A stretch of 64,000 nt of DNA from an uncultured Clostridia bacterium. Its GTDB lineage: Bacteria > Bacillota > Clostridia > TANB77 > CAG-508. The position numbers were made by a program, and so were the translations under genes. Numbering within the stretch: position 1 is the first letter of the stretch; each line of letters opens with the position of its first letter. The notes beneath the pieces were generated by a model. That model saw only the letters and a program-made list of their open reading frames with translations, searched no databases and was not told where the DNA came from. Location: contig CALXAV010000005.1 of NCBI GenBank assembly GCA_944386385.1, forward strand, positions 1,914 through 65,913, read 5' to 3'. This document shows positions 37,561 through 47,399 of the stretch, piece after piece.

Positions 37561-38190
37561 ATGTTAGCATATATAAAGGGAAAATTAGAAATGAAAATGA
37601 CAGGATATGTTGTAATAGACGTAGGAGGTCTTGGTTACAAAGTATTTATGTCAGAAGCAGGAATTGAAAGTTTAGGAAATATTGGAGATACAGTTAAAGT
37701 TCATACTTACTATAGAGTAAGAGAAGATGATATTAGCATATATGGATTTAATACACTAGAAGAACTTAAAATGTTTGAATTATTATTAGGAGTAAGTGGA
37801 GTAGGGGCAAGAACAGCTTTAACAATGCTTGCAACATGTAAACCATCTGAATTTGCTTTAGCTGTTGTTTCAGAAGATGTAAAAGCTTTGACTTCAATTC
37901 CAGGAATAGGACCAAAATCAGCTAAAAGAATAATATTAGAGTTGAAAGATAAAATAAAGAAAGAACAAGAAGTAGAGGCTATAAAAGAACAGATAGATAA
38001 AAAACAAAAAGATGATAATATGTTTAATGAAGCAATTGAATTAAAAGAAAAAGTAAATGAAGCAATGGCTGCACTTCAGGTACTTGGATATAATAAAAAA
38101 GAAATTGAGAAAGTCTTTGAAAAATTAGATTATAAAGAATTATCTACAGAGGAATTAATTAAAAAAGGATTAAGCTTATTGAGTAGATAA
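37561..38190 (+). CDS. ruvA: Holliday junction DNA helicase subunit RuvA
   Basis: MLAYIKGKL...VIDVGGLGYKV...FELLLGVSGVGARTAL...IPGIGPKSAKRIILELK. ATG at 37561 is preferred over the upstream TTG. Confidence 0.9.
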   Translation: MLAYIKGKLEMKMTGYVVIDVGGLGYKVFMSEAGIESLGNIGDTVKVHTYYRVREDDISIYGFNTLEELKMFELLLGVSGVGARTALTMLATCKPSEFALAVVSEDVKALTSIPGIGPKSAKRIILELKDKIKKEQEVEAIKEQIDKKQKDDNMFNEAIELKEKVNEAMAALQVLGYNKKEIEKVFEKLDYKELSTEELIKKGLSLLSR

Positions 38191-38217
38191 ATTAAATAAA
38201 GCAAAGGAGGTAAAAAG

Positions 38218-39522
38218 ATGAAGGCTAATGAACCTTTAGCTTTTCGTATGAGACCAAAAACTTTAGATGATTATGTTGGTCAAGAACATGTGTTAGCAAA
38301 AGATAAAGTATTATATAGAACAATTAAAGCAGATAGATTATCAAGTATTATATTATTTGGACCTCCTGGATGTGGAAAAACATCACTTGCAAGAGTAATT
38401 AGTGAAACAACTAAGTATAAATTTTATAAGATAAATGCAGTAACGGCAGGAGTTGCAGATATTAAAAGAGTAATTGAAGAAACTAAAAACTTTATGCTAA
38501 ATCCAACAGGAAAAAGTATATTATTTATTGATGAGATTCATAGATTTAATAAATTACAACAAGATGCACTTCTTCCATATGTAGAAAATGGAACAATTAT
38601 TTTAATCGGAGCAACAACTGAAAATCCTTATTTTGAGGTAAACAAAGCTTTGATTTCAAGGTCAATGGTAATTAAATTGAACCCATTAACAGAGGAAAAT
38701 ATATTTCAAATATTAAAAAATGCTATTACAAAAAAAGAGGGACTTGGAGAATATAATATAAAAATAGATGATAGTACATTAAGAAAATTAGCAGTTATTA
38801 GTAATGGCGATGTAAGAACAGCTTTAAACGGTTTAGAGGTTGCAACACTAACTACTGCAATGTCAGAAGATGGGTATATTCATTTGACAGATGATATAAT
38901 TAAAAACAGTGTTCAAGAAAGAAAAGCCGTATTTGATAAAAATGGTGAAGAACATTATGATAATATAAGTGCATTTATAAAATCAATGAGAGGCTCTGAC
39001 CCAGATGCAGCAGTATTTTATTTAGCAAGAGCATTAAATGGTGGAGAAGATCCAATGTTTTTAGCAAGAAGAATTACAATATGTGCATCTGAAGATGTTG
39101 GTATGGCAAATCCAAATGCTTTAGTTGTAGCAAACAGTGCTATGCAAGCTGTTCATATGATAGGAATGCCAGAAGCAAGAATATTGCTTGCAGAAGCGGC
39201 AGTATATGTAGCAACATCTCCAAAATCTAATGCATCTTATATGGCAATTAATAAAGCGTTAGAAGATGTAAAAAATAAAGATACAGGAGAAGTTCCTATG
39301 CATATTAGGAATGCACCAATAGAGCAGATGAAGAACTTAGGATATCACGAAGGATATTTATACCCACATGACTTTCCAGGGCACTATGTAGAGCAACAGT
39401 ATCTTCCAGATAAAATGGTTGGAACTAAATATTATGATGATAGTGATATACCAGAGAAAGTAGAAAAACAAATAAAAGGTCCAAGAAAAGTAAAAAAAGA
39501 AGAAAAACAAAATAAAAATTAA
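38218..39522 (+). CDS. rarA: Replication-associated recombination protein A (RarA/MgsA AAA+ ATPase)
   Basis: MRPKTLDDYVGQEH...ILFGPPGCGKTSLA...FIDEIHRFNKLQQDALLP...ATTENPYFEV... and a MgsA C-terminal domain. Confidence 0.9.
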   Translation: MKANEPLAFRMRPKTLDDYVGQEHVLAKDKVLYRTIKADRLSSIILFGPPGCGKTSLARVISETTKYKFYKINAVTAGVADIKRVIEETKNFMLNPTGKSILFIDEIHRFNKLQQDALLPYVENGTIILIGATTENPYFEVNKALISRSMVIKLNPLTEENIFQILKNAITKKEGLGEYNIKIDDSTLRKLAVISNGDVRTALNGLEVATLTTAMSEDGYIHLTDDIIKNSVQERKAVFDKNGEEHYDNISAFIKSMRGSDPDAAVFYLARALNGGEDPMFLARRITICASEDVGMANPNALVVANSAMQAVHMIGMPEARILLAEAAVYVATSPKSNASYMAINKALEDVKNKDTGEVPMHIRNAPIEQMKNLGYHEGYLYPHDFPGHYVEQQYLPDKMVGTKYYDDSDIPEKVEKQIKGPRKVKKEEKQNKN

Positions 39523-39568
39523 TAAAAAAATAAAAATTGGAAAACCTACTATAAAGTAGGTTTTTATT

Positions 39569-39916
39569 ATGTTGAAAAAAGGATTAATCGGTATAATTGC
39601 AGGGGTAATTAGTGGATTATTTTCAACTGGTGGTGGAATGATAATAGTTCCTGCATTTATACATTTATTAAATATGGAAGATACTAAAGCTAGAGGGACA
39701 TCAGTTTTTTGTATTTTACCAATGGTAATAACTAGTAGTATTTTTTATTATCAAGGAAACTATATCAATTGGAAAACGGCTATTCTTTGCGCTATTGGTG
39801 GAACTATTGGAGGATATTTTGGTGCTAAACTATTAAAAAAGTTACCAGAAAAAGTTCTAAAAATTGCTTTTACTGTATTTTTAGTTTATGTGTCTTTTAG
39901 AATGATAACAAGTTAA
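39569..39916 (+). CDS. TSUP (TauE/SafE) family permease, half-size N-terminal-type unit (115 aa)
   Basis: GIIAGVISGLFSTGGGMIIVP... 4 TM segments. Confidence 0.7.
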   Translation: MLKKGLIGIIAGVISGLFSTGGGMIIVPAFIHLLNMEDTKARGTSVFCILPMVITSSIFYYQGNYINWKTAILCAIGGTIGGYFGAKLLKKLPEKVLKIAFTVFLVYVSFRMITS

Positions 39917-39933
39917 AAAAGGAAGATATTATT

Positions 39934-40311
39934 ATGTTTGAAGTACTAATAGGAGTAGTTTCTGGAATTGTTTCAGGGACTGGTATGGGAGGAGGAACTA
40001 TTCTAATATTTCTTCTCACATTTGTTATGGGAGTAGAACAAAGAGTAGCCCAGGCTACAAACCTAATATTTTTTATTCCAACATCTTTGATTGCAATTAT
40101 TGTTAATTTTAAAAATAAAAATTTGGATATAAAAACTGGAATTATAATTTCAATTTTTGGAATCTTTGGAGCGATTGTAGGAGCAAACTTGGCAATTCAC
40201 ATGGACGTAAATATTTTAAAGAAATGTTTTGGTATTTTTCTAGCATTAATTACAGTAAATGAAATATATTCCATAACAAAAGAGTATAAAAAAGTAAAAA
40301 ATAAAGAATAA
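39934..40311 (+). CDS. TSUP (TauE/SafE) family permease, half-size second unit (125 aa)
   Basis: GVVSGIVSGTGMGGGTILIF... 4 TM segments, own RBS AAGGAAG. Confidence 0.7.
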   Translation: MFEVLIGVVSGIVSGTGMGGGTILIFLLTFVMGVEQRVAQATNLIFFIPTSLIAIIVNFKNKNLDIKTGIIISIFGIFGAIVGANLAIHMDVNILKKCFGIFLALITVNEIYSITKEYKKVKNKE

Positions 40312-40336
40312 TAAATAAAAAAGAGAGGTGAATTTT

Positions 40337-40477
40337 ATGAAATTTATTAAAGGTGTTATGATAGGTGGATTAATTACAACAGGTTTAGTTATGATGTATG
40401 CTGAAAGTGGTAAAATGAATAAAAAGAATGTTATGAAACAAGGAAAAAAGATGGCTAAGAAAATGGGTATTATATAA
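40337..40477 (+). CDS. Small (46 aa) membrane/basic protein
   Basis: RBS AGAGAGGTG. MKFIKGVMIGGLITTGLVMMYAESGKMNKKNVMKQGKKMAKKMGII. Not in the ORF track (under 60 aa). Confidence 0.5.
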   Translation: MKFIKGVMIGGLITTGLVMMYAESGKMNKKNVMKQGKKMAKKMGII

Positions 40478-40814
40478 AACAGAAGGAGGTAGCGACATCT
40501 TAACGATATATTACTACCTCCCAGGACACTTGTCCTTTTCTGTCCATTGAATAAAAATGTAAAAGGGCTGTAAGAGAGCTGCGTAGACCATCTCTAACAG
40601 GCAGTATTCCTCCTTTTCCGGATGAGGAATTTATAACTATATACGTCAGCTTTAGAATCCGTACATAGCCATAACCAATTACAGACAATGGATAAAAATA
40701 TAATGCCTCGGTTGCAAACTTGTGCAACCCTTACATAGAAGATGATAACAAAAGATAGTGTGAATGTCAATGTTTTCCATAAAGGATGAAGGGAAAAAGA
40801 TAATATTAAAGATA

Positions 40815-40960
40815 TAAAAAGGAGGTGCTCTCGCCAAAGCACCTCCAATACCCAAAAGCGAATATGCTCCTAGGTATCCGATAACGGAGAATTTAAAAGT
40901 TGTACGTAGAGTGAGTACAAAAGAGGAGAGGAACTAATTAAATTCTCCGTTAGTCGGTAA
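40815..40960 (-). ncRNA. Candidate ~145-nt sRNA with a CU-rich internal loop
   Basis: Minus-strand terminator GGAGGTGC-N10-GCACCTCC plus TTTTT (40846-40816). It is preceded by a 17-bp bulged helix (40878-40894/40940-40957) enclosing UUCCUCUCCUCUUUU and a 6-bp hairpin. No clear promoter, so it may be a 3' UTR-derived RNA of 41028-41510. Confidence 0.35.
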
Positions 40961-41027
40961 AAACAATAGTTGCAATTTGCAACCTAAAGTCTATTTTATT
41001 ATAAAATGATTTTTTTGTCAAATATTA

Positions 41028-41510
41028 TTAAAAGTTTAAGTCTTTAAAATCTTCCTCTTTTAAAAATGTCTCTTTATCTTTTTTGCAGTGACATTTTTCT
41101 TTTCTATCATCTATAAAGCAATCACATTTATCGTGTTTTTCACCTTTTAAACATTTACCTTCATGATGACATTTAGCACAAATTTTTATTTTCTTTGTGT
41201 TATTTACCCATATTTGGATAGCATATTCTTTACCAGGGCATAAAGGACCAAATACAAACTCTCCTTCTTCATCTGTAAAAGTATGGCCTATTGGTCTTCT
41301 TTCTTCTTTTCCATCTTCACAAACAATTTCAACTAATTTTATAACAGCATTATCAACTGGCTCTTTGAAACAGTCTTTAACAACACCATATATAACATCA
41401 CGATTATCTTCTGGTAGAGTTATATCTAAGTCGAATTGTTTTCCTCCTGATATAACACCATCAACATCTAAAACTGGGCAATAAGGTTTTTTGCAATCTT
41501 CTTTTTCCAT
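41028..41510 (-). CDS. Hypothetical small protein with a Cys/His/Lys-rich C-terminus
   Basis: Second ATG (41510) has AAAGGA 9 nt upstream. The central region resembles prealbumin/carboxypeptidase-regulatory-like folds (VKDCFKEPVDNAVIKLVE...FTDEEGEFVFGPL). Function unknown. Confidence 0.6.
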   Translation of the reverse strand: MEKEDCKKPYCPVLDVDGVISGGKQFDLDITLPEDNRDVIYGVVKDCFKEPVDNAVIKLVEIVCEDGKEERRPIGHTFTDEEGEFVFGPLCPGKEYAIQIWVNNTKKIKICAKCHHEGKCLKGEKHDKCDCFIDDRKEKCHCKKDKETFLKEEDFKDLNF

Positions 41511-41670
41511 AATTCTCATTCCTTTCTAAATAAACAACATATATGCTGTTTATATATCATATGAATAAAAACAAAGAAGTTTGACAAGTTTTGTCTAATT
41601 TTTCTATAGATAAATATTGTAAAAATGTCATAAATATAGTATAATAAATATATGATTGGAGGAGATAATT

Positions 41671-42162
41671 ATGGATGAGAATAATAAAAAAGAAGAATTA
41701 GAAATAAAAAGTGAAGAAGTTAAGCAAGAAGAAAAACAAGAAGTAGTAGAAATTGCTAAAGAAGAGCCAGTAAAAGTAGAAGAAGAAAAAAAAGAAGAAC
41801 CAAAAACTGAGGCTAAACAACCAGAAAAAGATAGAAAAGGATTAGCAATAGCAGCAATGGTACTAGGAATTGTATCATTAGTATTATTCTGTATATGGTA
41901 TATATCTGTACCTTGTGCAATACTAGCAGTAGTATTTGGTATTTTATCATTAAAATCAAGTAAAAAGGGAATGGCAATTGCTGGTATCTCTACAGGTGCT
42001 GTAGGATTTGTATTAATGGCTATACTTTATGTATTTATTTTCTTTGTAATAGGTGTTGGAACATATTCAGGATTACAAAATATAATAGACGATTATGAGG
42101 ATTATAAATATGATTATGAGTATCATTATAATTCATATGATGATTATAATGATTGGTTCTAA
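41671..42162 (+). CDS. DUF4190-like small membrane protein with a K/E-rich N-terminus
   Basis: GLAIAAMVLGIVSLVLF...ILAVVFGILSLKSSKKGMAIAGISTG. ATG at 41671 follows GGAGG. Confidence 0.6.
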   Translation: MDENNKKEELEIKSEEVKQEEKQEVVEIAKEEPVKVEEEKKEEPKTEAKQPEKDRKGLAIAAMVLGIVSLVLFCIWYISVPCAILAVVFGILSLKSSKKGMAIAGISTGAVGFVLMAILYVFIFFVIGVGTYSGLQNIIDDYEDYKYDYEYHYNSYDDYNDWF

Positions 42163-42251
42163 AAAGAGTAATATTAGGATATTCAAAAAAAGAATATCCT
42201 TTTTTTTCTTTTTTTGATATAATGATAAAAACAAAAAACAAAGAGGATGAA

Positions 42252-44984
42252 ATGGAAAAAAGAGATTTAAGAAAATATATTGTTCCAGTCGAAATAGAGA
42301 ACACAAATGAATTTGGAGAAATAGAAGATGAATATTCTACAATTGATTTAATCTATATAGAAAATGCTGATGAATATACAAGGCACAATAGAGAGTGGAA
42401 GCAAGAAGATGTTACAGATTATTCATTAATGAATGGTGGGGTGCCAGAGTTATGGTTGAGAAGTACAGCTAGTTATCCATATATAGATACAACCAGTTAT
42501 AGTGAGGTTTATGGGGATGATTCTTCAAGAACAGAATATAGTATAATGCCTTGCTTACATTTTAAAATCTCTAAAGAAATAGAAGTTTTTAATCTTAGTG
42601 AAGAAAATGATGGGAAAAATGTTACAAGACATGTATTGAACATAGGAGAATATCCAAAAGATAAAGTTAGTCAAGAGTTAGGAGATGAACTAGAAAAATT
42701 ATATCATGGAGGTAAACTTAGAAAAGGAATAGAAGCAACCGGAAGATGGTACTCAGTAAATGGTGGAGGTTTAGCCTATGGGGAAAAACATAATCCAGAA
42801 TTTGAATATGAAGGTAATAAGTATGTAAGAGTAGTACAAAATGTGTGTAATGATTCTATAGAGTATTCAGATGGAACAAAAGCAGGAGAAGATGGAGTAG
42901 TAAGATGGGTAAAAGTAGAACCTATATCTTTTGAAATATTGAATTGGGATAGTTTACCAAAAAGTATAAATCCAAATGGTAGAGGTAAAGATGATTGTTT
43001 TAAGTTAAAAGCAAGTAAGGGAATTGTATCTAGTATTCCATTCATACAAGTTGGAAGTAATCTGGATATTTCAAAATCACTTTGGGAGCATAGTACAATA
43101 AGAGGATTTTTAAATGGCAATAGTGTAAGAGATATTTATAGTAATTTTGGAGGAGATTTTTCAAAAGAATGTAGTTTTTTAGATGAAGCTTTTGACTTAT
43201 CAAGAGAACCAATTAGAGAGTATGAAATACCAGAAGGTGAAAAAGAAATTGCAGATAATGCTTTTAATGGATGTGTATCATTAGAAAGAATAAAATTACC
43301 TACAGGAGTAAATAGACTAGGAAAAAAAGCATTCAGTGGACTGGATTTTAAATTCTTGTATGTAAATGATATTGATGGAAGTATAATTTTTTCAAAAGAT
43401 GAAATACAAAAAGAGGAGTATAGAAGAGTAGATACATTTGATAAAGTAATGAGAACTTTGGATGATGTTGACTATGATGAAATTTTAAGAAATGCAAAAG
43501 CTTATGCATTTGATAGTAAAACAAATCAATTAATAGATCTTGCAGAAAAATTAAGTAAAAGTAAATTTAGGATGCCATATGTTTATGTAGAACAGTTAAT
43601 TAGAAATAATTTAGCAAAAAGATTAATAGAAAATGGAGAGTTTAGATTTTTAAGAAGTGAAATTCCAGATATAAATGATAAGTTACTAGATTTTTCCGAC
43701 GATGAAAAAATAGACTTTTATAAGTTTGCGAGTGCATTAGGATGTTTTTCAAAAGAAAGAATGCTAGATGATAACGGGAAAGAAACTGAAGTAATAATGG
43801 GACAAAAAGCTACATCTCTTCTTATGCGATTTTTAAAAACAGGGGCTTTAGAATTAGGACAGTTCAAAAATTTAGTTGGAATGATGCCACTTGGAGTTGA
43901 ACCTAATCAAGATTTTTTGAAATTCTTATCTATCAAAGGAAAAGGTGGAAATTTTGAAAATTTAGAGACATTAATTGAATTAAATAAAAAATATAGACGT
44001 TTAATTTCAAAAGTAATGCAAGATTTTAACGCTGTAAAAAGTTATAGAGAATCTGCAAGCGAAACAGGAAAGCCTATATTGGTATCATGGAGAGAATGTT
44101 TAGAAAAGTTTTATCTTAATAATAAGTATATTGGGATAACTGATGAAAATAAGGATATAGCAAAACTATATGCGAGAAAGGGAATAGGACAGGCAGATTT
44201 TGATTATGCAAGTGAATTAAGAAGTAGAGCAATAGAAGAAGGAATACCAGAACATATTTTAGGAAAGCCACTTAAAGAAGAATCTATAATAGAAAGCATA
44301 GAAAGAATAAAAAGACAAACAGAAGAAGAATTACAAGATGGAAGAAAAATAATAGATGAATTATATGATAAACAGTTTTACTATGAATGGCTGAATAAAA
44401 GGGATTCAGTAAATGGAATAATTGGTATATATTGTAGTTGTTGTGCAAGTATAAATAATTTAGGATATGGAGCAGATATAGCAGAAGCGACAATTATTTC
44501 TCCTGATGTACAAAATCTAGTTGTTAAAAATTCAAAAGGAAATATTATCGCCAAAGGAGCGATGTATGTTAATAGAAAATATGGATATGCAGTAATAAAC
44601 GATTTTGAATTAAATAGAAAATATAAACATCATGAGAGGTCTTCAGAAATGAAATATGAACCAGATGATAACACGGGAAGATATGATGTACCTGAAGATA
44701 GTAAAGAGGAAGAAGAAAGAGAACTGATATTTAAAGCATTTCAGAGAGGAATACAAGCTTTTATAGAAGAATATGATAGCCAAAATCCAGACAACCCAAT
44801 AAAGCAGATAAATGTAGGAAAAGGATATAACAGACTTAAAAGGCAAATAGATAGGTTCGAAATGGCCCTTGAAAAATTAGATGTACCGTCTGACTACAGA
44901 TTTTGGGATGCAACAGAGAATTCACAGTATGTTTTATATAAAAGAGAGGAAGATAAAACAAGAGAAAGTGGTGATGAAAGATAA
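42252..44984 (+). CDS. Large multidomain hypothetical protein (WLRS-motif/DUF6273-like region, one BspA-type LRR segment, uncharacterised C-terminal half)
   Basis: ATG at 42252 follows AAGAGGA. ELWLRSTAS...IMPCLHFKI, then IADNAFNGCVSLERIKLPTGVNRLGKKAF. Confidence 0.6.
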   Translation: MEKRDLRKYIVPVEIENTNEFGEIEDEYSTIDLIYIENADEYTRHNREWKQEDVTDYSLMNGGVPELWLRSTASYPYIDTTSYSEVYGDDSSRTEYSIMPCLHFKISKEIEVFNLSEENDGKNVTRHVLNIGEYPKDKVSQELGDELEKLYHGGKLRKGIEATGRWYSVNGGGLAYGEKHNPEFEYEGNKYVRVVQNVCNDSIEYSDGTKAGEDGVVRWVKVEPISFEILNWDSLPKSINPNGRGKDDCFKLKASKGIVSSIPFIQVGSNLDISKSLWEHSTIRGFLNGNSVRDIYSNFGGDFSKECSFLDEAFDLSREPIREYEIPEGEKEIADNAFNGCVSLERIKLPTGVNRLGKKAFSGLDFKFLYVNDIDGSIIFSKDEIQKEEYRRVDTFDKVMRTLDDVDYDEILRNAKAYAFDSKTNQLIDLAEKLSKSKFRMPYVYVEQLIRNNLAKRLIENGEFRFLRSEIPDINDKLLDFSDDEKIDFYKFASALGCFSKERMLDDNGKETEVIMGQKATSLLMRFLKTGALELGQFKNLVGMMPLGVEPNQDFLKFLSIKGKGGNFENLETLIELNKKYRRLISKVMQDFNAVKSYRESASETGKPILVSWRECLEKFYLNNKYIGITDENKDIAKLYARKGIGQADFDYASELRSRAIEEGIPEHILGKPLKEESIIESIERIKRQTEEELQDGRKIIDELYDKQFYYEWLNKRDSVNGIIGIYCSCCASINNLGYGADIAEATIISPDVQNLVVKNSKGNIIAKGAMYVNRKYGYAVINDFELNRKYKHHERSSEMKYEPDDNTGRYDVPEDSKEEEERELIFKAFQRGIQAFIEEYDSQNPDNPIKQINVGKGYNRLKRQIDRFEMALEKLDVPSDYRFWDATENSQYVLYKREEDKTRESGDER

Positions 44985-45394
44985 TGACACAAACTCAAAA
45001 TAGAATTGTAGTTCTAACTATGAAACTAGACTTAAAAGCAAGAGAATATAAAGAATTATGTCTAGAATTAGATAAAATAAAAAATGAAGAACAAGTAAGT
45101 AATGAAGAATTACTTGAGTTAAAAAATAAATTCCAAAAAAATCATGATGAAATAGTAGAAATTAATAAAGAACTTAGAGAATTAAAAGAAAAAAATAATG
45201 ATATAGAAGATAGTAGTTTTAAAGAAAAGGATTTGTTTAATAGAAATAAAAAGTTTAATGTATGTAAAGAAGATAATAAAGAATTAGTAGTAGAAAAAGA
45301 AAAAAGCATAATAAAGAAATTAGTTGAAAATTTGAAATCATTTTTTAAAAAATTTAAACGGTATAAAATAATAAATAAAAAGAAAATGTATTAG
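44984..45394 (+). CDS. Coiled-coil hypothetical protein
   Basis: Start overlaps the upstream stop (ATAATG). K/E/L-rich heptad-like sequence. Confidence 0.5.
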   Translation: MTQTQNRIVVLTMKLDLKAREYKELCLELDKIKNEEQVSNEELLELKNKFQKNHDEIVEINKELRELKEKNNDIEDSSFKEKDLFNRNKKFNVCKEDNKELVVEKEKSIIKKLVENLKSFFKKFKRYKIINKKKMY

Positions 45395-45591
45395 AAATAA
45401 TATATTCAAAATACAAAATACTAGTTCTAATCAAATTAAATAGGCTCTAATAAAGGCTAGATTTATCTAGTCTTAATTCTATGTTATAATAATTATGTGA
45501 TTTTATAAAAATAGTTTTTTGGAATATTAGTGTAACATTTCTTTAATAATGTTTGTATAACTAATGTATGAACAAATAAAAGGAGGAGCAC

Positions 45592-46143
45592 ATGGAAATA
45601 AGCGACAAAGAATTATACCAAAAGTATTTAGCTGGTGATATTAGTGCTTTTGAAGAAATAGTAAAAAGACATAAAGAACATATAATATATTTTATTGCAA
45701 GATACACAAAAAATACAGATATTGCAGAAGATATATCACAAGATGTATTTGTATATATACTTATACATAAAGACCAGTATGATTTTAAATATTCATTTAA
45801 AACATATTTATATATGATAGCTAAGTGTAGAGCGATAAATTATTTGAAGAAAGAAAAAAGAGCAATAAGTGGACTGGATTATAATAATCTATATATAGAG
45901 GATAATGATTTAGAAGAAATTGTATATAAAAATGAAACTTCTCAAAATATAAGAAGGGCCATTAATAAATTAAAACCTGATTACCAAGCAGTAATATGTC
46001 TTACTTCTCTAGAAGGATTTAAATATAAAGAAGTTGCAAAAATCATGGATAAAAATGTAGGACAAGTAAAGGTAATGCTAAATAGAGCAAAAAGAAAATT
46101 AAGAGAGGCTTTGGAAAAGGAGGGATTTTCTTATGAAGTCTAA
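45592..46143 (+). CDS. ECF-type RNA polymerase sigma-70 family factor
   Basis: Region 2 (DIAEDISQDVFVY) and region 4 (EGFKYKEVAKIMDKNVGQVKVMLNRAKRKL). RBS AAGGAGGAG. Confidence 0.85.
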   Translation: MEISDKELYQKYLAGDISAFEEIVKRHKEHIIYFIARYTKNTDIAEDISQDVFVYILIHKDQYDFKYSFKTYLYMIAKCRAINYLKKEKRAISGLDYNNLYIEDNDLEEIVYKNETSQNIRRAINKLKPDYQAVICLTSLEGFKYKEVAKIMDKNVGQVKVMLNRAKRKLREALEKEGFSYEV

Positions 46144-47254
46144 TAAAGAATATTTACAAGAAGTTTATGATAAAAAAATAGAAGTATTAGAATCTAAAGA
46201 AAAAGATGAATTTTATAATATTAGATTTAAGAAACCAAAGAAAAGTCCTTTAAAAATAGCAGCTACATTTGTATTGGCAATAAGTTTAACAGTTGGAGTT
46301 GGATATTGTGGAACAGTAGCATATCAAAATATTTGGAAAGAGCCTAAAAAATATACAATAAACCAAGAGGTGTCAGATGAAGATAAGGAAAAATGTATAT
46401 CAGCAGAAGAAGCAAATGAATTAGGAAATAAATATTTAAAACAAGTAGGATTAGAAGATGAAGAGGTCTTAAATCAAAACTTAAATAAAGAATTTTTATC
46501 AGATAAAAACGAATGGAGTATGTCTTCTAAGAAAGCTACAATTACAATTGATGGGGAAACAGGAAAACTAAAAAGTATTCAAGTACCTACCTGGAATTAT
46601 AAAATACCTTATAATTATGGAATAACTAGAGAGGAAGCAAGAGAAACAGCAAATGAATTATTCCAAAAATACAAACCAGATGATATTGAAGGAGATTATG
46701 AATTACTAAAACTAACAAAAAATATGGAAACAGATGAAGCATCATATATTTGGTATGCAGAGTTTTATAGAAAATATGGAGACGAAATAAACTTTAATGA
46801 AAAAGTATTTATTGGTTGGATTCCAACAATAAATGGACTTTACCAATTAAACATAGAAAGAGGTACATTTGAAAATAATGAAGTTGTTAAAACAAAAGAA
46901 GAAGCAATAGAAATTGCAAAAAATAAAGATAAAGAAATAGAGCCAAATAGGACGATAGAAAGTGTAACAGCTAATCAAGCAATCGAGAAAATGAATCCGG
47001 AAAGCTATTTAAGAGAAACTAGAAAAGAGGATTATGAAAATGGAAAAATATCTTTAGAAGATGGATATTATGTGGCAGAAGATAGAGTAAGAAGAGTATG
47101 GCTTGTAGATATAAAATATGTAGAAGAAGAAAATAAAATAGATTCTTACACATATTTTGTGGACGCAACAACTGGTGAAATAATCGGTGGAGCAATGTAT
47201 AATCCACTAGATACAATAGAAAGTTTGAAGAATGATCCTAATAATTTGGCATAA
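46133..47254 (+). CDS. Putative anti-sigma factor / membrane-anchored PepSY-like protein
   Basis: Overlaps the sigma gene end. Single TM (LKIAATFVLAISLTVGVGY) after a short cytoplasmic N-terminus. Confidence 0.45.
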   Translation: MKSNKEYLQEVYDKKIEVLESKEKDEFYNIRFKKPKKSPLKIAATFVLAISLTVGVGYCGTVAYQNIWKEPKKYTINQEVSDEDKEKCISAEEANELGNKYLKQVGLEDEEVLNQNLNKEFLSDKNEWSMSSKKATITIDGETGKLKSIQVPTWNYKIPYNYGITREEARETANELFQKYKPDDIEGDYELLKLTKNMETDEASYIWYAEFYRKYGDEINFNEKVFIGWIPTINGLYQLNIERGTFENNEVVKTKEEAIEIAKNKDKEIEPNRTIESVTANQAIEKMNPESYLRETRKEDYENGKISLEDGYYVAEDRVRRVWLVDIKYVEEENKIDSYTYFVDATTGEIIGGAMYNPLDTIESLKNDPNNLA

Positions 47255-47399
47255 TTAAATTTTTAGAAGAACTTGTGCTTTTGAAGTATAAGTTCTTTTT
47301 ATTTTAAATATTAGTAAGCATATAATAAAATAGTTTGACAAACAACTTAAATGAATATATATATTATATAATAAAAAACTATAAGGGGAGTAATATACG

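Noticed and set aside
37561-39522. ruvA followed by rarA instead of ruvB as an anomaly
   Set aside because: ruvB may simply lie elsewhere in the genome. Both genes look intact and there is no sign of rearrangement scars, so this alone is not informative.
40500-40848. Two overlapping minus-strand ORFs (75 and 84 aa) in the 40.5-kb spacer
   Set aside because: They overlap each other in different frames, have no RBS, and run through obvious hairpins. A non-coding structured region is more likely.
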